DNA of 63,801 bases, the filler included, from Hausera hauseri (Eukaryota): the NCBI GenBank assembly GCA_046269625.1. It is 11 parts of 11 records of this genome, joined end to end, with 100 filler letters (N's around TTAATTAATTAA, not from the genome) between each part and the next. Parts side by side here need not be neighbours in the genome. Positions count along the whole stretch, not along the records: positions 7,535 to 14,491 come from JBJURY010048441.1; positions 14,592 to 19,031 come from JBJURY010581224.1; positions 19,132 to 24,389 come from JBJURY010296723.1; 8 more parts are not named here. One strand, 5' to 3'. The notes beneath the pieces were generated by a model, which searched no databases, was not told where the DNA came from, and saw only the letters and a program-made list of their open reading frames with translations. Below, one piece after another: positions 11,122-23,740 of the stretch. Position 1 is the first letter of the stretch. The number at the start of each line of letters is the position of its first letter. Made by a program: the position numbers and the translations under genes.

Positions 11122-13925
11122 GGAAAATGAGAATTAGATCTCATGATCCAGCTGTACTCAAAAACAATTTAGAAAGGCTTAAGCAAATAAGTGAACAAGT
11201 CGATATATCCGGTAAAGAGCAACAATTTGCAGAAAAATTATATTAAAGTCTAAAATTTTGGAGCGAAGGGAAGTTCGATGAGGCAATTGAAGTAAGACAA
11301 CCGGAAGAGGTGTCGCCCGAGATGTTAGTAAAATGGAAGCACGAAATAGAATCGTGGATTAAAAGTGGAGTCTAATTTTCAGAAGGATGGAGTAAAAATG
11401 AAGATAGCATTGAGGTGAAAGTAGCTAAAGCTCAAACGTTGTTAACCACACTAGAAACTAATCGAAAATTAAAAATAGTAGCCCGCAACTTAGAATATAT
11501 AGTGGATGGAATTCGATATGCTACGACTAACCACCTTAGGGAAAAACCAGTTAACAACCGAAGCGACACGGATTTAGAAATGTTGGATATAGACCCGGTA
11601 GATATACCTCCTTTAATAGAAATGATAAAAATCGCATTCTCTGGACCTAAATTGTATAAGAACTTAGAGAATCGTATCAAATCAGAAAACAAAAAGAGGT
11701 CACAAATTAATAGTTTGAAAAACCGAATTCTATTTATGGACAACGAGGAAACCAAAACTGTAATAAAAGCCTGCATCATAGAGTCCGACGAATACAAGGA
11801 CGAATTTAACTATGTCAGTCAAATAATGAGGTTTATAAAAGGACCGGATGACGAGTTAAAAGATGCGTATAAGATGCTAGATAAGGCCATATTGGCAAAA
11901 CCAGTAATCGCTAACCAACTATCAGAATGGTCTGAATTGATAACAAGACTAAGGAAATTAGTAGAAGACCGCAGAAAAGAGTTTCCAGAAAGCGAACCCA
12001 CGATAAAAAGGCAATTAGAAGAAAGTGCACGAAACCTAGATACCATACTAGCAGAGATAGATATTCGAACACGGTTCGAAGCATTGCGACGACTGAAATT
12101 TATGAAGAAGAAGCAAGAAGAAATTATATTAGAAGAAATATACAGAATGATAGAGGAAACTAACTTTACAGAAAAGCGGAATATGACTTGTGATTTTTAC
12201 TCAAGATTAAGAAATATTCGATGGGAAGGAATCCAATATTTAATAACCAAACCTGTAGACGAAATTTCAGTACAAGATATTGATACTCTAGACATATTTT
12301 CTGATCATAGAGTATTCATAGAAGATGCATTGAGATTCATACATGAACCCCGCAAATGGATGTCCGGGACGGATCAAAAATTCCATACTGAGTTGATAAA
12401 AATTAAAAATGACCAAAGCCTCACTTCCGACGAAGCTAAATTCTTAAAGAAACTACTTAATGCCATAGATCCTGATTCGAAAATCATCAACGAGATGTAC
12501 AAACTAGCTTATTTACTAGTAGAAATGGCAGAAATTAGCGATGAAGAGATAAGGCAACTACTACCTAAACTACGACAAACCGAAGAAACATGTATAAAAA
12601 CTAAACAAAGAGAAGTAAGGTTAACCGAATTAATGAATGAGTTCCAGGAATACCGGAACAAATATGCCTTTACCGAGTCAGAAATCGAGCACAAATACGA
12701 GTTTGTACAAAGATGGCAAAAGGATATAATCATCGAGTTAACAGATTATCATCAGAAAGGACTTATTCCCACCGATGAGTTTGGTGAATTATTGAAACTA
12801 ATTCGACATGCCTGTGGAAACGGCGTAGGTTTCCGTACCACACAGATGAAAGAAATACAACCGAAATTGAAAGAAATTAGAGAAAATGTACGGAGAACGA
12901 GTATAGCACCAATAGATTATGGACCGCCAGAAGTTGATAATGACCCCGAATGGGATGCGTACTTAGATGCAATAAACGTAGAAAATCCAGTAACTCCAAT
13001 ACAACTAAACGAAGTGGAACCATGCCCACAAAGCAGGAGATTCAATGTGGAGATGCTTCTGGACTCAGCGCTAGCTGAAAAGGATTTAATTGAATTAGTT
13101 AACGTAAATATTACTGAAACTAAATTAAGACAACTTATCCCGACTCTAACTAGATTATCTTGCGAAAATACAGTTTACAGTACCTTACCAAAACTTTTAA
13201 TAAAAAGTTATGCGAGAATATTAAGGGCTAAACCTGAAGTAATGATGAAAGTAAAAATATCATCCGAATGGATGGATGAGAAAGAATGTGAACTAACTAC
13301 ATATTTATATGTAAAGGACGTAAGAGAGTGGCTAATAAATAATGGTGGTACGAACGAGTTAAATTACAGATTCTACTTTAGAGGTAGAATACTGGATGAA
13401 TTAGAACAATTAATCGATGTTGGGATTATACCCGACGAGACAAATAGAATAGTGGCAATAATAACTAACGAGCAGACTAAAGAAGAAGCCACCCGTAAAG
13501 CAAAAACAGAACAGTGCGTAGGACAAATCATGGGAGTCCGAGACGCCGCCATGTATTTCGAGTACTTGCAAACCGATGAGGACAAAGAACAATATGACAC
13601 GAACTTAGTGCCATTGACTGTATCACCAATGACCATCCAAAAACAGAAACGGCCCGTACGTAGGCCCAAGAAAATCCGAGAAGATGTTGATTATAATGGA
13701 GAATTAATCAGAGAATTGAGGCAGATGTCAATTCCTACTTTTAGCACACATAATGAAAAACTAAGCGAATTGATGAGGAATCTGATACGAATAGTAAACT
13801 CTTCGAGCCTTCGAAGATATATATTAGACTATAAAGAAAAGGCGATATTTAACGCAGATAGGACAATGAGAAGTGCACGGTTCAAGTTATCAAAAAGCAA
13901 CCTGACAGGCGAAGCAGTAGTTTAG
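11073..13925 (+). CDS. Large unknown charged/helical ORF in the -1 frame of gag, containing a ubiquitin-like domain (~13242-13463); not Pol
   Basis: The frame of ORF 11415-13925 extends back to 11073 with only two TAA (11244, 11373). No D(T/S)G, YxDD, RNase H or integrase motif seen. Ubl-like segment: MKVKISSEWMDEKECELTTYLYVKDVREWLINNGGTNELNYRFYFRGRILDELEQLIDVGIIPDETNRIVAI. Confidence 0.7.
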
Positions 13926-13931
13926 AAAATC

Positions 13932-14491
13932 ATGGTGGAAAATTCAATAGAAGAATTGAGGAAGGTATTGCTCTATTTAGCAATCAAGACAAATCCCAGC
14001 CGAGAAAATGAATTTAATCGGGCTATTAGCTTGGCACGAAAAGCAGCAAGGAAATTACCCTGTGAGGTAAATTGGATTAAAATATTTGATAAAGAAGAAG
14101 ATAAGAGAGCCAGTGGTAGTATACTAGAAGACGCGTTACGGAATCGGACGGCGACAGACAATAATAACCGGAAAAACGAATCCAACTGGTTAATCAGCCT
14201 ACTTACGATAATGATGCTGATGAAACAGATAGGTGCCGTCACTGTCTACGATTGCGATAAATTTAAGCTCGGACAAAAATACTCATTAATGAATCTAGAA
14301 GCGTGCGAAGACGCCAGACCCCATAAATTAGAAACAAAGGAAAAAAGTTATATCCTCTACCAACAACAAGAATTAATATCCTTGGACGGAATGGAGTGCA
14401 TGCTTAAGCGGTCTCGTAGCATTTTTCATTGTGGATTAATGTATGGACATTCTTCAATAATCAAACCAACGACCCCTCTGATTCCAATGAA
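13932..14491 (+). CDS. env: Chuvirus-like (class III fusion) envelope glycoprotein N-terminus, truncated by contig end
   Basis: Signal-peptide-like WLISLLTIMMLMKQIGA, then VYDC....YSL.NLEAC...ILYQQ...EC.LKRSRSIFHCG.YGHSS, matching the YDC...SL...C...Q...C......CG..H pattern of chuvirus glycoproteins; same frame as the upstream ORF, separated by one TAG. Confidence 0.75.
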
Positions 14492-15219
14492 NNNNNNNNN
14501 NNNNNNNNNNNNNNNNNNNNNNNNNNNNNNNNNNNTTAATTAATTAANNNNNNNNNNNNNNNNNNNNNNNNNNNNNNNNNNNNNNNNNNNNAAATTTGAA
14601 TTGTACGTTATAACAACGTTGCAAACAATAATTTTATGTCCTCTAATCGCACTCTGTTATCTAATCTTATATTTTTGTCTTAAATCATGAACACTATCAA
14701 ATACTGATAAATTATATTTGCCTGTCAAATCTTAAATTGGCTAATCTCATGTTCATTAATAATAATTCGCCAAATCTCATAATAACTAGTCTTTGAATGG
14801 CTTTTCTGACGCTATGTAGGCTTCCTGCGTACGTTTATGTGTTTTTCTATTTTGATCCTTCATCCCCTGCAAATTCTTTGTTTTAATGGGATTCTACCAC
14901 TGTTTTCGCTTCATTCCTTAACTGCTCACTTTCTTCAGGTGTTAATTTAAAGAAATGTTTATGCTAACATATGCCAACGTCAAGCATGTAAATCAACACG
15001 TTTATTGCGTCGCAGGAGATATAAAAATTCCTTTCTTTCAGTAAAAGTTACAGACGTCGAAAGATGGTCAGGACGTTACAATCAATACATGTCTTCTTGT
15101 GTGTCTCCTCCATGGAAGTCTTCGTTCTCGCTGATGACTGCGTTTACCAGGTAACACCGTTTTATACTCATTACTCGCAGACTAATTTGTAGATTTAAGC
15201 CAGTCATTTTGATGGATGG

Positions 15220-15610
15220 AGGAAAAGAAAGACAGTTGGTAGAGATAAAGACATGACAGAGATAAAGACAAAAGACTAGACGAAGAAATAGCACAGGAAG
15301 AAACACGAGAGACAAGAGGTGTGATAGATAAGTAATACAACAAACAAGAGAAACGTGAGGCACGAGAGACGATAACCAAACAAGAGATATGAGAAACAGT
15401 AGGGAGAGACAAGTTACGAGAGGCAGATACAACAGAGGAAAAATATGATAGATAAGAGATACGATAAACAAGAGATACGACAGACAAGAAATAAGAGACA
15501 TGCGATTTACGACAGAACATAAGAAGTGCGAGACATAAGATCTCTAAAAATAAAAGAGCATAAAGATAAAAGACAAGACAAACAAACAGACTAAGCGGAC
15601 AGAAATAAAA
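15220..15610. repeat. A/G-rich low-complexity tract
   Basis: Degenerate AAGAGATA/AGAC repeats. Confidence 0.8.
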
Positions 15611-15911
15611 CTAAATTAACTGGCGGCCAGTCACATATAAAATAAGAAATGTACAGGATAGACCGACGTCAGTAAAGATTAAACATTTCAGAGAGACAGA
15701 ATTATGTACCCCAACGACAGACGGGCAGACATCAGACAGATAATCCACTTGATACTTTCCCAGGTGTGCTTCTGTTCTGGGATAGATATTCTATGCCATG
15801 CTCGACAGCTCACACAGATTCCACCAAGAGTTACTGCCCAAAATACCTTGGCTACTGAACTGCATTTTAATGTAAGTATCCACATTCATATTTCTGTAAT
15901 TGTTGCAGATT

Positions 15912-16125
15912 CATAGAGATAAAGCATCTGCTTCAGGTGCTGGAAGTTCGGAGTTCGAATCCAACTAGAATCCCCCTGATCTCTAGGTAGTGAGATAGAA
16001 CGTCCGTGGACATGATCCCCCATGTTAAAACCATGGCAAATGAATATCGAACAAGATTAGACCTAACTTCCACTGCCCGGAAAACATTCTGGTTAAAATG
16101 TTCCCAGGGCTGGGAAGTGAGTCAT
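15912..16125 (+). mobile_element. tRNA-SINE copy
   Basis: B-box GAGTTCGAATCC, and CTGATCTCTAGGTAGTGAGATAG plus TCCCAGGGC blocks shared with the SINE at 5155. Confidence 0.65.
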
Positions 16126-16444
16126 GGACGATGCAAAGAAGTTCATGCAATGAGCTGAGATCTTGCGGTGTTGTGGAGAACAGAGTACTTGAGGATATGT
16201 ATCCGTGTGAGCAGATGTTGATCTCTTCACTATAATGAACTAAATTATCGAAAATAATTAAATCAAACGAGACTTGTTTCTTTGATCAATGACGTCATCA
16301 GATTGTGTTAACTGTTCTTTATTTCAGTAAGTTTTGTGTTATTTAAACAAACAAAAACATTAACCTGGTTACCGGAATCTGTTATATGCATACGTGCTAC
16401 TGGAACCAACACCAAACATTCAACACTTTCCCGTTTCTGAAACA

Positions 16445-16575
16445 TCGTTTAGAAAAGACGGTCTGGCGAACTTGGTCACCACGGGGAAAATACCAGGAAA
16501 TAGAAGTAGTGGACGGCAGAGGATGTGGTGTCGGGATGTTGTGTATGAGTGGCTCGGAAGACGAACTGAAATGTT
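16445..16575 (+). mobile_element. RTE LINE 3' fragment
   Basis: RKDGLANLVTTGKIPGNRSSGRQRMW...WLGR, homologous to 5467-5675. Confidence 0.7.
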
Positions 16576-17189
16576 ATGTTGCTGTCACTGTTCCACCATC
16601 GCATGGGACTATGGCGACCCTCAGTCAAACTTTGTTTTCTCTCATTTCCTATTGTCCTTACATCACCCAAGCAGTGTATCCTTGTGAGGCTTTCAATAAT
16701 GGAGAGATCACACTGGATCTGTTTCTATTTGTCTCAGTACTTAATCCTGTATGTCTGTTTTTCTCCGACTGTATATTTTTGTTTCTCCTGCGTTCAGTTC
16801 TGTCGACATTGCTAGTACTAGGGAGTAGTGCATTTAGCTAAGTTATTTAAAACGATGGTGTCACCCATACTGCCTTCTCAGAATGGAGTAAAGCTGATAA
16901 ACACGACACATAAATGTGTTAGATATCTTGAACAAAACATTTCTACTACCAGCAACCACAGAGAAGATCCGCCAACAATATATCTGTACAGACATCAACC
17001 GACCGTTGAGAAAGTACAACATTTGAAAGTCAAGCGTAAACAAAAACGACTCCAGTATGGACAAGCGTCAAAATTAAAGTCTAGTCTGTAAATAAACAAC
17101 TCAATATCAAGAAACTAACAACATTTGACAGTCCCACTCAATAGAGAAACGTAGTAAAAGTCAAAGATTTGTAACATCTGACTGTCCAC

Positions 17190-17380
17190 AAACCAACTTG
17201 GCGTTAAGAAGCTCCAACCTTTGATTGTCTAGTCTTTACAGAAACCAACTCGGCGTTAAGAAGCTCCAACCTTTGATTGTCTAGTCTTTACAGAAACCAA
17301 CACGGAATTAAGAAGCTCCAGCCTTTGACTGTCTAGTCTTTACAGGAACCAACTCGGCGTTAAAGCTACAACGTTTGATA
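17190..17380. repeat. 52-bp tandem repeat, ~3.5 copies
   Basis: AACCAACTCGGCGTTAAGAAGCTCCAACCTTTGATTGTCTAGTCTTTACAGA starting at 17191, 17243, 17295 and 17347. Confidence 0.9.
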
Positions 17381-17590
17381 GTGGCTGAATAAACTGAAAG
17401 ATAGAGCGTGTTTAAAATAAAATTTGACGGTACAAATTGACTCACAATGTTTTCACCTTAGCAGTGTTTGCTTGAGAAGCTTTATCAAAATCAAGGTTGA
17501 AATAAGTCGAAATATAAAACAAAATGTTAAGACCGTCTGGAAATAAACTAAAACACTAATATTATTATTAATAATAATAACAACTTATAA

Positions 17591-18937
17591 TTGTCCCTTC
17601 TGTTTCTGGATAATGAAATCAGAGTTATCACAGCAGGTAGCTTACCTCCAAAATTAACAGGAATTTACCTGAATGAAAATCCTCTGACTACAATCGAAGA
17701 CTCGGCATTTGGTGAATCTTATTCAACGCTGACACAAGTGTCTTTATCAAACGCTAACTTCACAAAATTCCCTGATGCATTTCGACGTCTGACAAGACTC
17801 CATTCATTATCCATCTCTGATAGCCATATACAAGATTGGAACGACGACGCTATGAAGATTATTGGTCAAACGGTAGAGGAACTTATCATTAGCAACGTCG
17901 GGTTAACAAAATGGCCGACATGGGTCGAGAATGTCTCTCAACTGCCAGATCTGACTTTAACTACAGGTTATATATCAGACATACCAGATAACGTTCTCGA
18001 TAATGTGGCCGATAGACTGTTAGCCCTTTACCTTCAGACGAACAGACTAAAAGCTATTCCTAAGGCCTTTTCAAAGTTAACATCTCTGGTGACTTTGCAT
18101 CTTTACGAGAATAAAATCACGGACGTGGCAGGGCTTCCTCAATCCAGCCAGTTCTCTTCCTTGATGCTGAATAGCAACCAGATATCAAACGGCACTCACC
18201 TCCAACAAGTTCTCTTCCTTGATGCTGAATAACAACCAGATATCAAACAACACTCACCTCAGCGACACGATACGACCTTTTGGAAACTCCATGATTGAAC
18301 TGGGTATTAATGACAATCTGTTGACCACAATTCCAAATTTGACTTTTCTTAGACACGTGAGCAGTCTTGATTTATCTCATAATAAAATATCAGATCCACG
18401 GTCAGGATCTGTGTCGCCAGTTCTATCTTCCGTTGATCTGAGCCACAACTTGCTTCCATCAATTCCTCAATTTATGTTACCATTACAGTTTATGTATGAA
18501 TTATATCTGCCATAAAATTCTATAAGACAGATCCGAGGAACAGACTTCCCACCATTTGTAGTGGTAGCAGATCTCGGGTATAATCTTATAACAGAGTTAA
18601 CTGACGAGAGTTTTCCACAGAATTCTCAACTAAAAGTCTTACACTTAAACGACAACCCAGTTACTAACATTTCCAATCTGGCATTCAAATATCTGGGTTT
18701 CCTGACAGAATTGTACCTACAAAACACCAAACTGACTCGCCTACCTATGGCTCTTGGTTACATCAATAACCTGTCCATTTTCAACATAGATGACAACAGA
18801 CAACTGATTTGTACATGCCTGGAGAAAAGTTTACAAACACAATGGACATATCCATGTTGCTTAGCAACGTTGTAGGAAACTGTGGCCACGTTAGTGTTTA
18901 TACATTTTTCTCCCAATTAAGTCAAAATTGTCCTTAA
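17591..18937 (+). pseudogene. Extracellular-type leucine-rich-repeat protein with LRRCT cap, disrupted
   Basis: Many LxxLxLxxNxI repeats; C-terminal LICTC...GNCGHVSVYTFFSQLSQNCP*. A 58-bp duplication (18151/18209) shifts the frame, TAA at 18513-18515, another shift near 18860. Confidence 0.88.
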
Positions 18938-19170
18938 TATGACGTCACAGAATTGTCGAACAGAGAGTTAGTTTAATAGGTTTGGAGAAGACATTTCGAA
19001 GACAAAACATGAAAGCAGGAACAATTTAACANNNNNNNNNNNNNNNNNNNNNNNNNNNNNNNNNNNNNNNNNNNNTTAATTAATTAANNNNNNNNNNNNN
19101 NNNNNNNNNNNNNNNNNNNNNNNNNNNNNNNTGTCCTCTCGGCCCCAACAGCAACCTTCATTTCACAGAT

Positions 19171-19178
19171 GGTGTGTG

Positions 19179-19208
<30 letters not shown>
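19171..19208. repeat. (TG)n microsatellite
   Basis: Direct reading. Confidence 0.95.
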
Positions 19209-19209
<1 letters not shown>

Positions 19210-21140
19210 AAACTTTGAATATTCCCTTGCTGACGGGCTATAAGCTGTTAGAAATGCAGTATGATTGTTCAAACTGATATAAATAAGCACACACACTCAT
19301 CCTGACACTGGTTCATCTGTAATTGGTTTCAAAGAGGATAAAAGCTTTTGGTGTTGGATAATGAAACGTTAGAAATTAGCCCGCCGTATTCCCATTGGTC
19401 GAAAGGCTGCTGACCTTCTTTTAGCCACTTTATCTTCATGTGACCAATCCAAACTGATATGAAACAGCCCAAAGCTGCTTGGCCACCACTAGCCTCGAGT
19501 CTCAAACCAAACCTATTAATCACCTCACTGTTCTTCTCTCTGATTTGGACCACTGTGCACCTCCGGTCATGCTTTAAGTCAAGTGTAGTTCATGGAAATG
19601 AATTTATGTTTAATGTAGCCGTAATGGCTCAGTTTATTATCTGACCTTTTCCTCTCTAATGCATTCAGCCTGTTGTCTTTGTTTCTTTTTAAGGTTCTGA
19701 CCTCAAGTTTTTTCTTAATAGTTCAACTTCAAACTGTATCATCCAACTTTAAAGTAAAAACAAAGACAACCAGAATTAAGAGGACATTGTTAAAATGTGT
19801 ATTTGTTATAGTTTCAGCAGCAGCATGTGGTAATAAAGCCTCTTATCTGTGGAGGGGTGTCCATGTACAGCTCTGTTCTGTTGACAGTTCATGGGAGACT
19901 GAGTTTGTATTTCCAATATTTACATATTTTTTATTCCATATTTACCACATAATGCCTATATTTGGACCATATCAACTACATATCATCCATATTTCCCACA
20001 TATTTCCCCACATAATGCCTATATGTTGGAGAATAAATGCGAATTTAGCACTAACTTCGTTAAAACAAATTAAAATTCTTTCACACTTCAGTATGTATTT
20101 TACAAGATATTGCATTTTTATGACATGAATTTTCTTTTTAGAACAACTTGATCATAAATTTAATGATTGAAAAAGATTTATTGTCCCAACGTTTTGTACA
20201 GTTGATCACCAAGTCTTTCCCGAAGGCCCTATTTTATTTATCAGATTCGTCTAAAAGTTTGACAACTTAAATTTTGCTCCAAACTTTTTGAAATCATTTG
20301 TTTGTGTATTGTCATAGTAAATTTTAGTTTATTATTTTGATATTACATATCAATATATTTTTAGGAAATAACACAACTTTGGGAGCAGAACAACCAAACC
20401 CGTAAAAATGAAGTGTTGTGGATTTCTTGTTTAAATTGAAAAAACTTCTAAGATGTTTTCATCGAATTTTATGTTGACTGTAGAATAAACGAAAATCGTG
20501 ATGTAGAAGAAATGGAAAACAAATATTTATTCGATATGAAGGTATTGGATTAAAATGATATTTTCAAAAATTTTCGTAATATTTCACTGTCAAAATAAGT
20601 TTGTGTAAATATATATTGTCACAATTTGAATATATAGTATAGTTTTCTGACAATAATCGTTTACAACAAATAATACACAAAAGCATTAACGCTTGGTACT
20701 ATCAGCATAAATTTTTCCAACAACAAATTCCATTAAATGCATGACAACTGGTATTTATTACGTCTATGAGTCTGCCAAAATCACAAAATTGCCATTATTA
20801 TAAATCAAAGAAATTCAAATCCATATCAACAAGTTCAAGATATATAATTTAAACGAATGAAAATTCGATTTTTTGTTGATAGCTCCATATATTTTATTAA
20901 ACCAAAATTAGCACATCCCTTTTGAACGCCGCAAATTTTACAAATTTTAAAAAATTCGGTTGATTAAATTGTGCCAACTTGTACAAACTGCCTATAAAAT
21001 TATTTGTATGCAATTTACAAATACAGTTTGTAAAGAAGATACAGAAAATCTCAATAACTTTCGTTGTTTTGATGTGTTTTAATAAATTTTTACATACAAA
21101 TCATTTAAACACTTAAATAGTTTTCATCTGAAAACTTGTA

Positions 21141-21218
21141 CTCCCTCTATCCGAAAATAAGAGTCCCATTTCAAACAAAATTTGACCGAAAATGGGACTC
21201 TTATTTTCAGACAGACAG
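21141..21218. mobile_element. 78-bp Stowaway-like (Tc1/mariner) MITE with TA target duplication
   Basis: TA|CTCCCTCTATCCGAAAATAAGAGTCCCATTT...AAATGGGACTCTTATTTTCAGACAGACAG|TA, with ~30-bp imperfect inverted arms. Confidence 0.75.
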
Positions 21219-21569
21219 TATTATATAAGATGCCAAATTATTTTTTGTTACAAAAATTATAAATAACTACATAATTAATTTTCGTAGCACAATATAAATA
21301 TAGAATGATGTCCAATTATTTGGGAAATTGTGCGCTATAACCTTAATAGCGTTATGACAAACGAAACAGAATTTATTGTTAACCTTTAACAAACATCACA
21401 TTCACCCGAAGGTGCACAGAACTTGCGGCATTAAATTCCAGTTCACTTTTCATGAATCATTTCACATTTTGTATTTGTTTTAATATTTGCATCGAGGCGC
21501 ACAGTCTGACACATTGTATTCGTATGTGATTGTTGTAATGTTTTTAACTAATTTCAACTAGATATTTAG

Positions 21570-22724
21570 ATGGTTCCTGAAGTTGTTATTAACTCATTTA
21601 AGTCGTTTAAACGCATTCTAGTAGTTTGGGATGATTGCTCAACAGACGTATTGCAGGAATTAAATGCTATTCTGAATAGTTTATCTACCGATTTAAGCGT
21701 GAAATACGAAAATCTGAAACGATTAAATCTGTCAAGTTACAAACATTCGTCATTCGACGGTATTTTAAGTGGATGGCCAACAGCAGTTCCCCGCTGAAGG
21801 TCACAACACAGATTTCCTATTTATGGCTTTGGATTTGCTTAAACCAAATGGTGTCATATTTCTACGTCAAGTATTTGATGGTCATGTGGAAAATACTGCG
21901 AAAACAATGAGAATAAGCGGTTTTTTGGATGTTTTTCAGGTAAATTCTTTTAATATTTTTGTTTCATTTTATATTTCGGATGCAAATAATCTGCGTGTTT
22001 ACAGTTCAGTATGTCATTGATGTTGCGTTCTAAAAGTTATTTAGATGAACATATTTACTTTTATTCCAAAATTCTTTAAGACAATGGGATTAATTTGTAG
22101 GTGGGGATATAATGAACATAAATTAAATGTACCATTTGAATTGAATGTTTTAGATTCATATAATTTTAAGTGATATTATTTTCCATTAGAAATATTGACG
22201 TGATATTGCCAAAAATATAAACTGAATATTTTATGTTAATGTCAATTTTAAAAATCAATATGGTTTGGTGTCTGGAATAACTTTTATTTTTTACTATTGA
22301 ATAGGTGGAATGTGGAGAAAAATTTGTCACGATGACAGGCCGCAGCCCATCATACGACATAGGTGCCATTTCGGCGCTCAATGGTATAACGGTATCCGAC
22401 GAACAGATTGGACTGTCAGGTGACGATGAGCTCATTGATACAGATGCGTTGTTGCAGCCGGAGGATTTCGTCAAACCAACAAAGGCCGAATGTGGTGTTG
22501 TGGATAGTCAGACGAAGAAAAAACGAGCGTGTAAGAATTGCACATGTGGCTTAGCCGAACAAGAAAAGAAAGAACAGGTGGTTGTAACGGTAAAATCGTC
22601 TTGCGGAAATTGTTACCTCGGAGACGCGTTCCGTTGTGCGTCGTGCCCGTATATGGGTATGCCTCCATTCAAACCGGGTGAGGCGGTTATTCTGAACGAC
22701 GATCAACTTGCAATGGATTTGTAG
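21570..22724 (+). CDS. CIAPIN1: Anamorsin/Dre2 Fe-S assembly protein; exons 21570-21939 and 22305-22724
   Basis: N-terminal methyltransferase-like domain ([15 protein letters not shown]), [52 protein letters not shown]; GT-AG phase-0 intron 21940-22304; one frameshift at a C-run near 21790. Confidence 0.93.
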
Positions 22725-23329
22725 ACCGCAGTCGACTTGCGATGACCGTATCGATATGCTTTTGTTTCAATAGAATTCATCCATTATTTTGTTGTAATTT
22801 CATAAGGGATGTTACTTTACTGGTAATCTGTGACTTTATGGAAATTAATTATATAACTACAGATCTAAGTAATAGGGAAAAATTCTAAGCGGAGATAAAA
22901 ATTATGCGATGAGAGCGAAATATAACATCATATACAAAGGAATTTTATAATTTATCAAATTGGTGAAGTGCCGAAATTACGTAACCTTTGAAAGCATTCA
23001 TATTAAGTACTAATACGTTGTATTATAACTCTAACACGAACTTTCGATAATTTCTTGCATAAGAGTAAATGTATTATCTACATGGAATGCTAAATGTACA
23101 CACTGAAACACATCATCACCCATTGAGTTTTAATAAAAAATTACCCATCTTATTTGACCTTATTTGTTATGCATGTCATACTTGCGTAGATGATGTAATT
23201 ATTGCATCAATTTGATTTATTCTTTTATATGTTGTAGATGTGCATTTTGGTTTTATGTCACAATTTGGTATTTTATAATGTAATTATTTTACAATCATAG
23301 ATATTAAACGAATCGACCAAGAAAATCGA

Positions 23330-23740
23330 TACCAAATTATAAATATGATAAAAAATGGAAAGTCGCAACATCAGTTAGCTAAGGAACTGAACATATCCGG
23401 ATATGCTGTTCAGAAAAGTCTAGAGATAATTTTTAACATCAAATGTGAAAAATTTTCACTAAACTGGACATCCATCGAAAGTTTCAGGTAAAACAGAAAA
23501 ATCCATAGTTATTAAATCAAAATTAAACCCGTTCTCACTAGAAAATATAATAAACAATATTAAAAATGTAACAAATATTTCTTGAAGCACCATTTGTAGA
23601 ATTTTAAAACGAAATGGCATCAGAATGTGCAGAATGGTTCATAAAAAGATTCTTACTAAGCGCTACATTCATAAAAGGTTGAAATTTGTTAAAGTATATT
23701 ATTCGCTCAGTTACAATGGATGAAACAAGTTACTTTCACA
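23330..23740 (+). mobile_element. Tc1-like transposase N-terminal remnant
   Basis: LAKELNIS, GHPSKVS..TEKSIV, STICRILKRNGI...KKILTKR....RLKFVK; heavily decayed. Confidence 0.6.

Noticed and set aside
11415-13925. ORF2 as Pol
   Set aside because: No D(T/S)G protease, YxDD RT, RNase H or HHCC/DDE integrase motifs found by eye.
15082-15520. Hydrophobic ORFs as membrane proteins
   Set aside because: Translations of an A/G low-complexity tract.
17190-17380. 52-bp repeats as CRISPR
   Set aside because: The whole unit repeats; there are no spacers.
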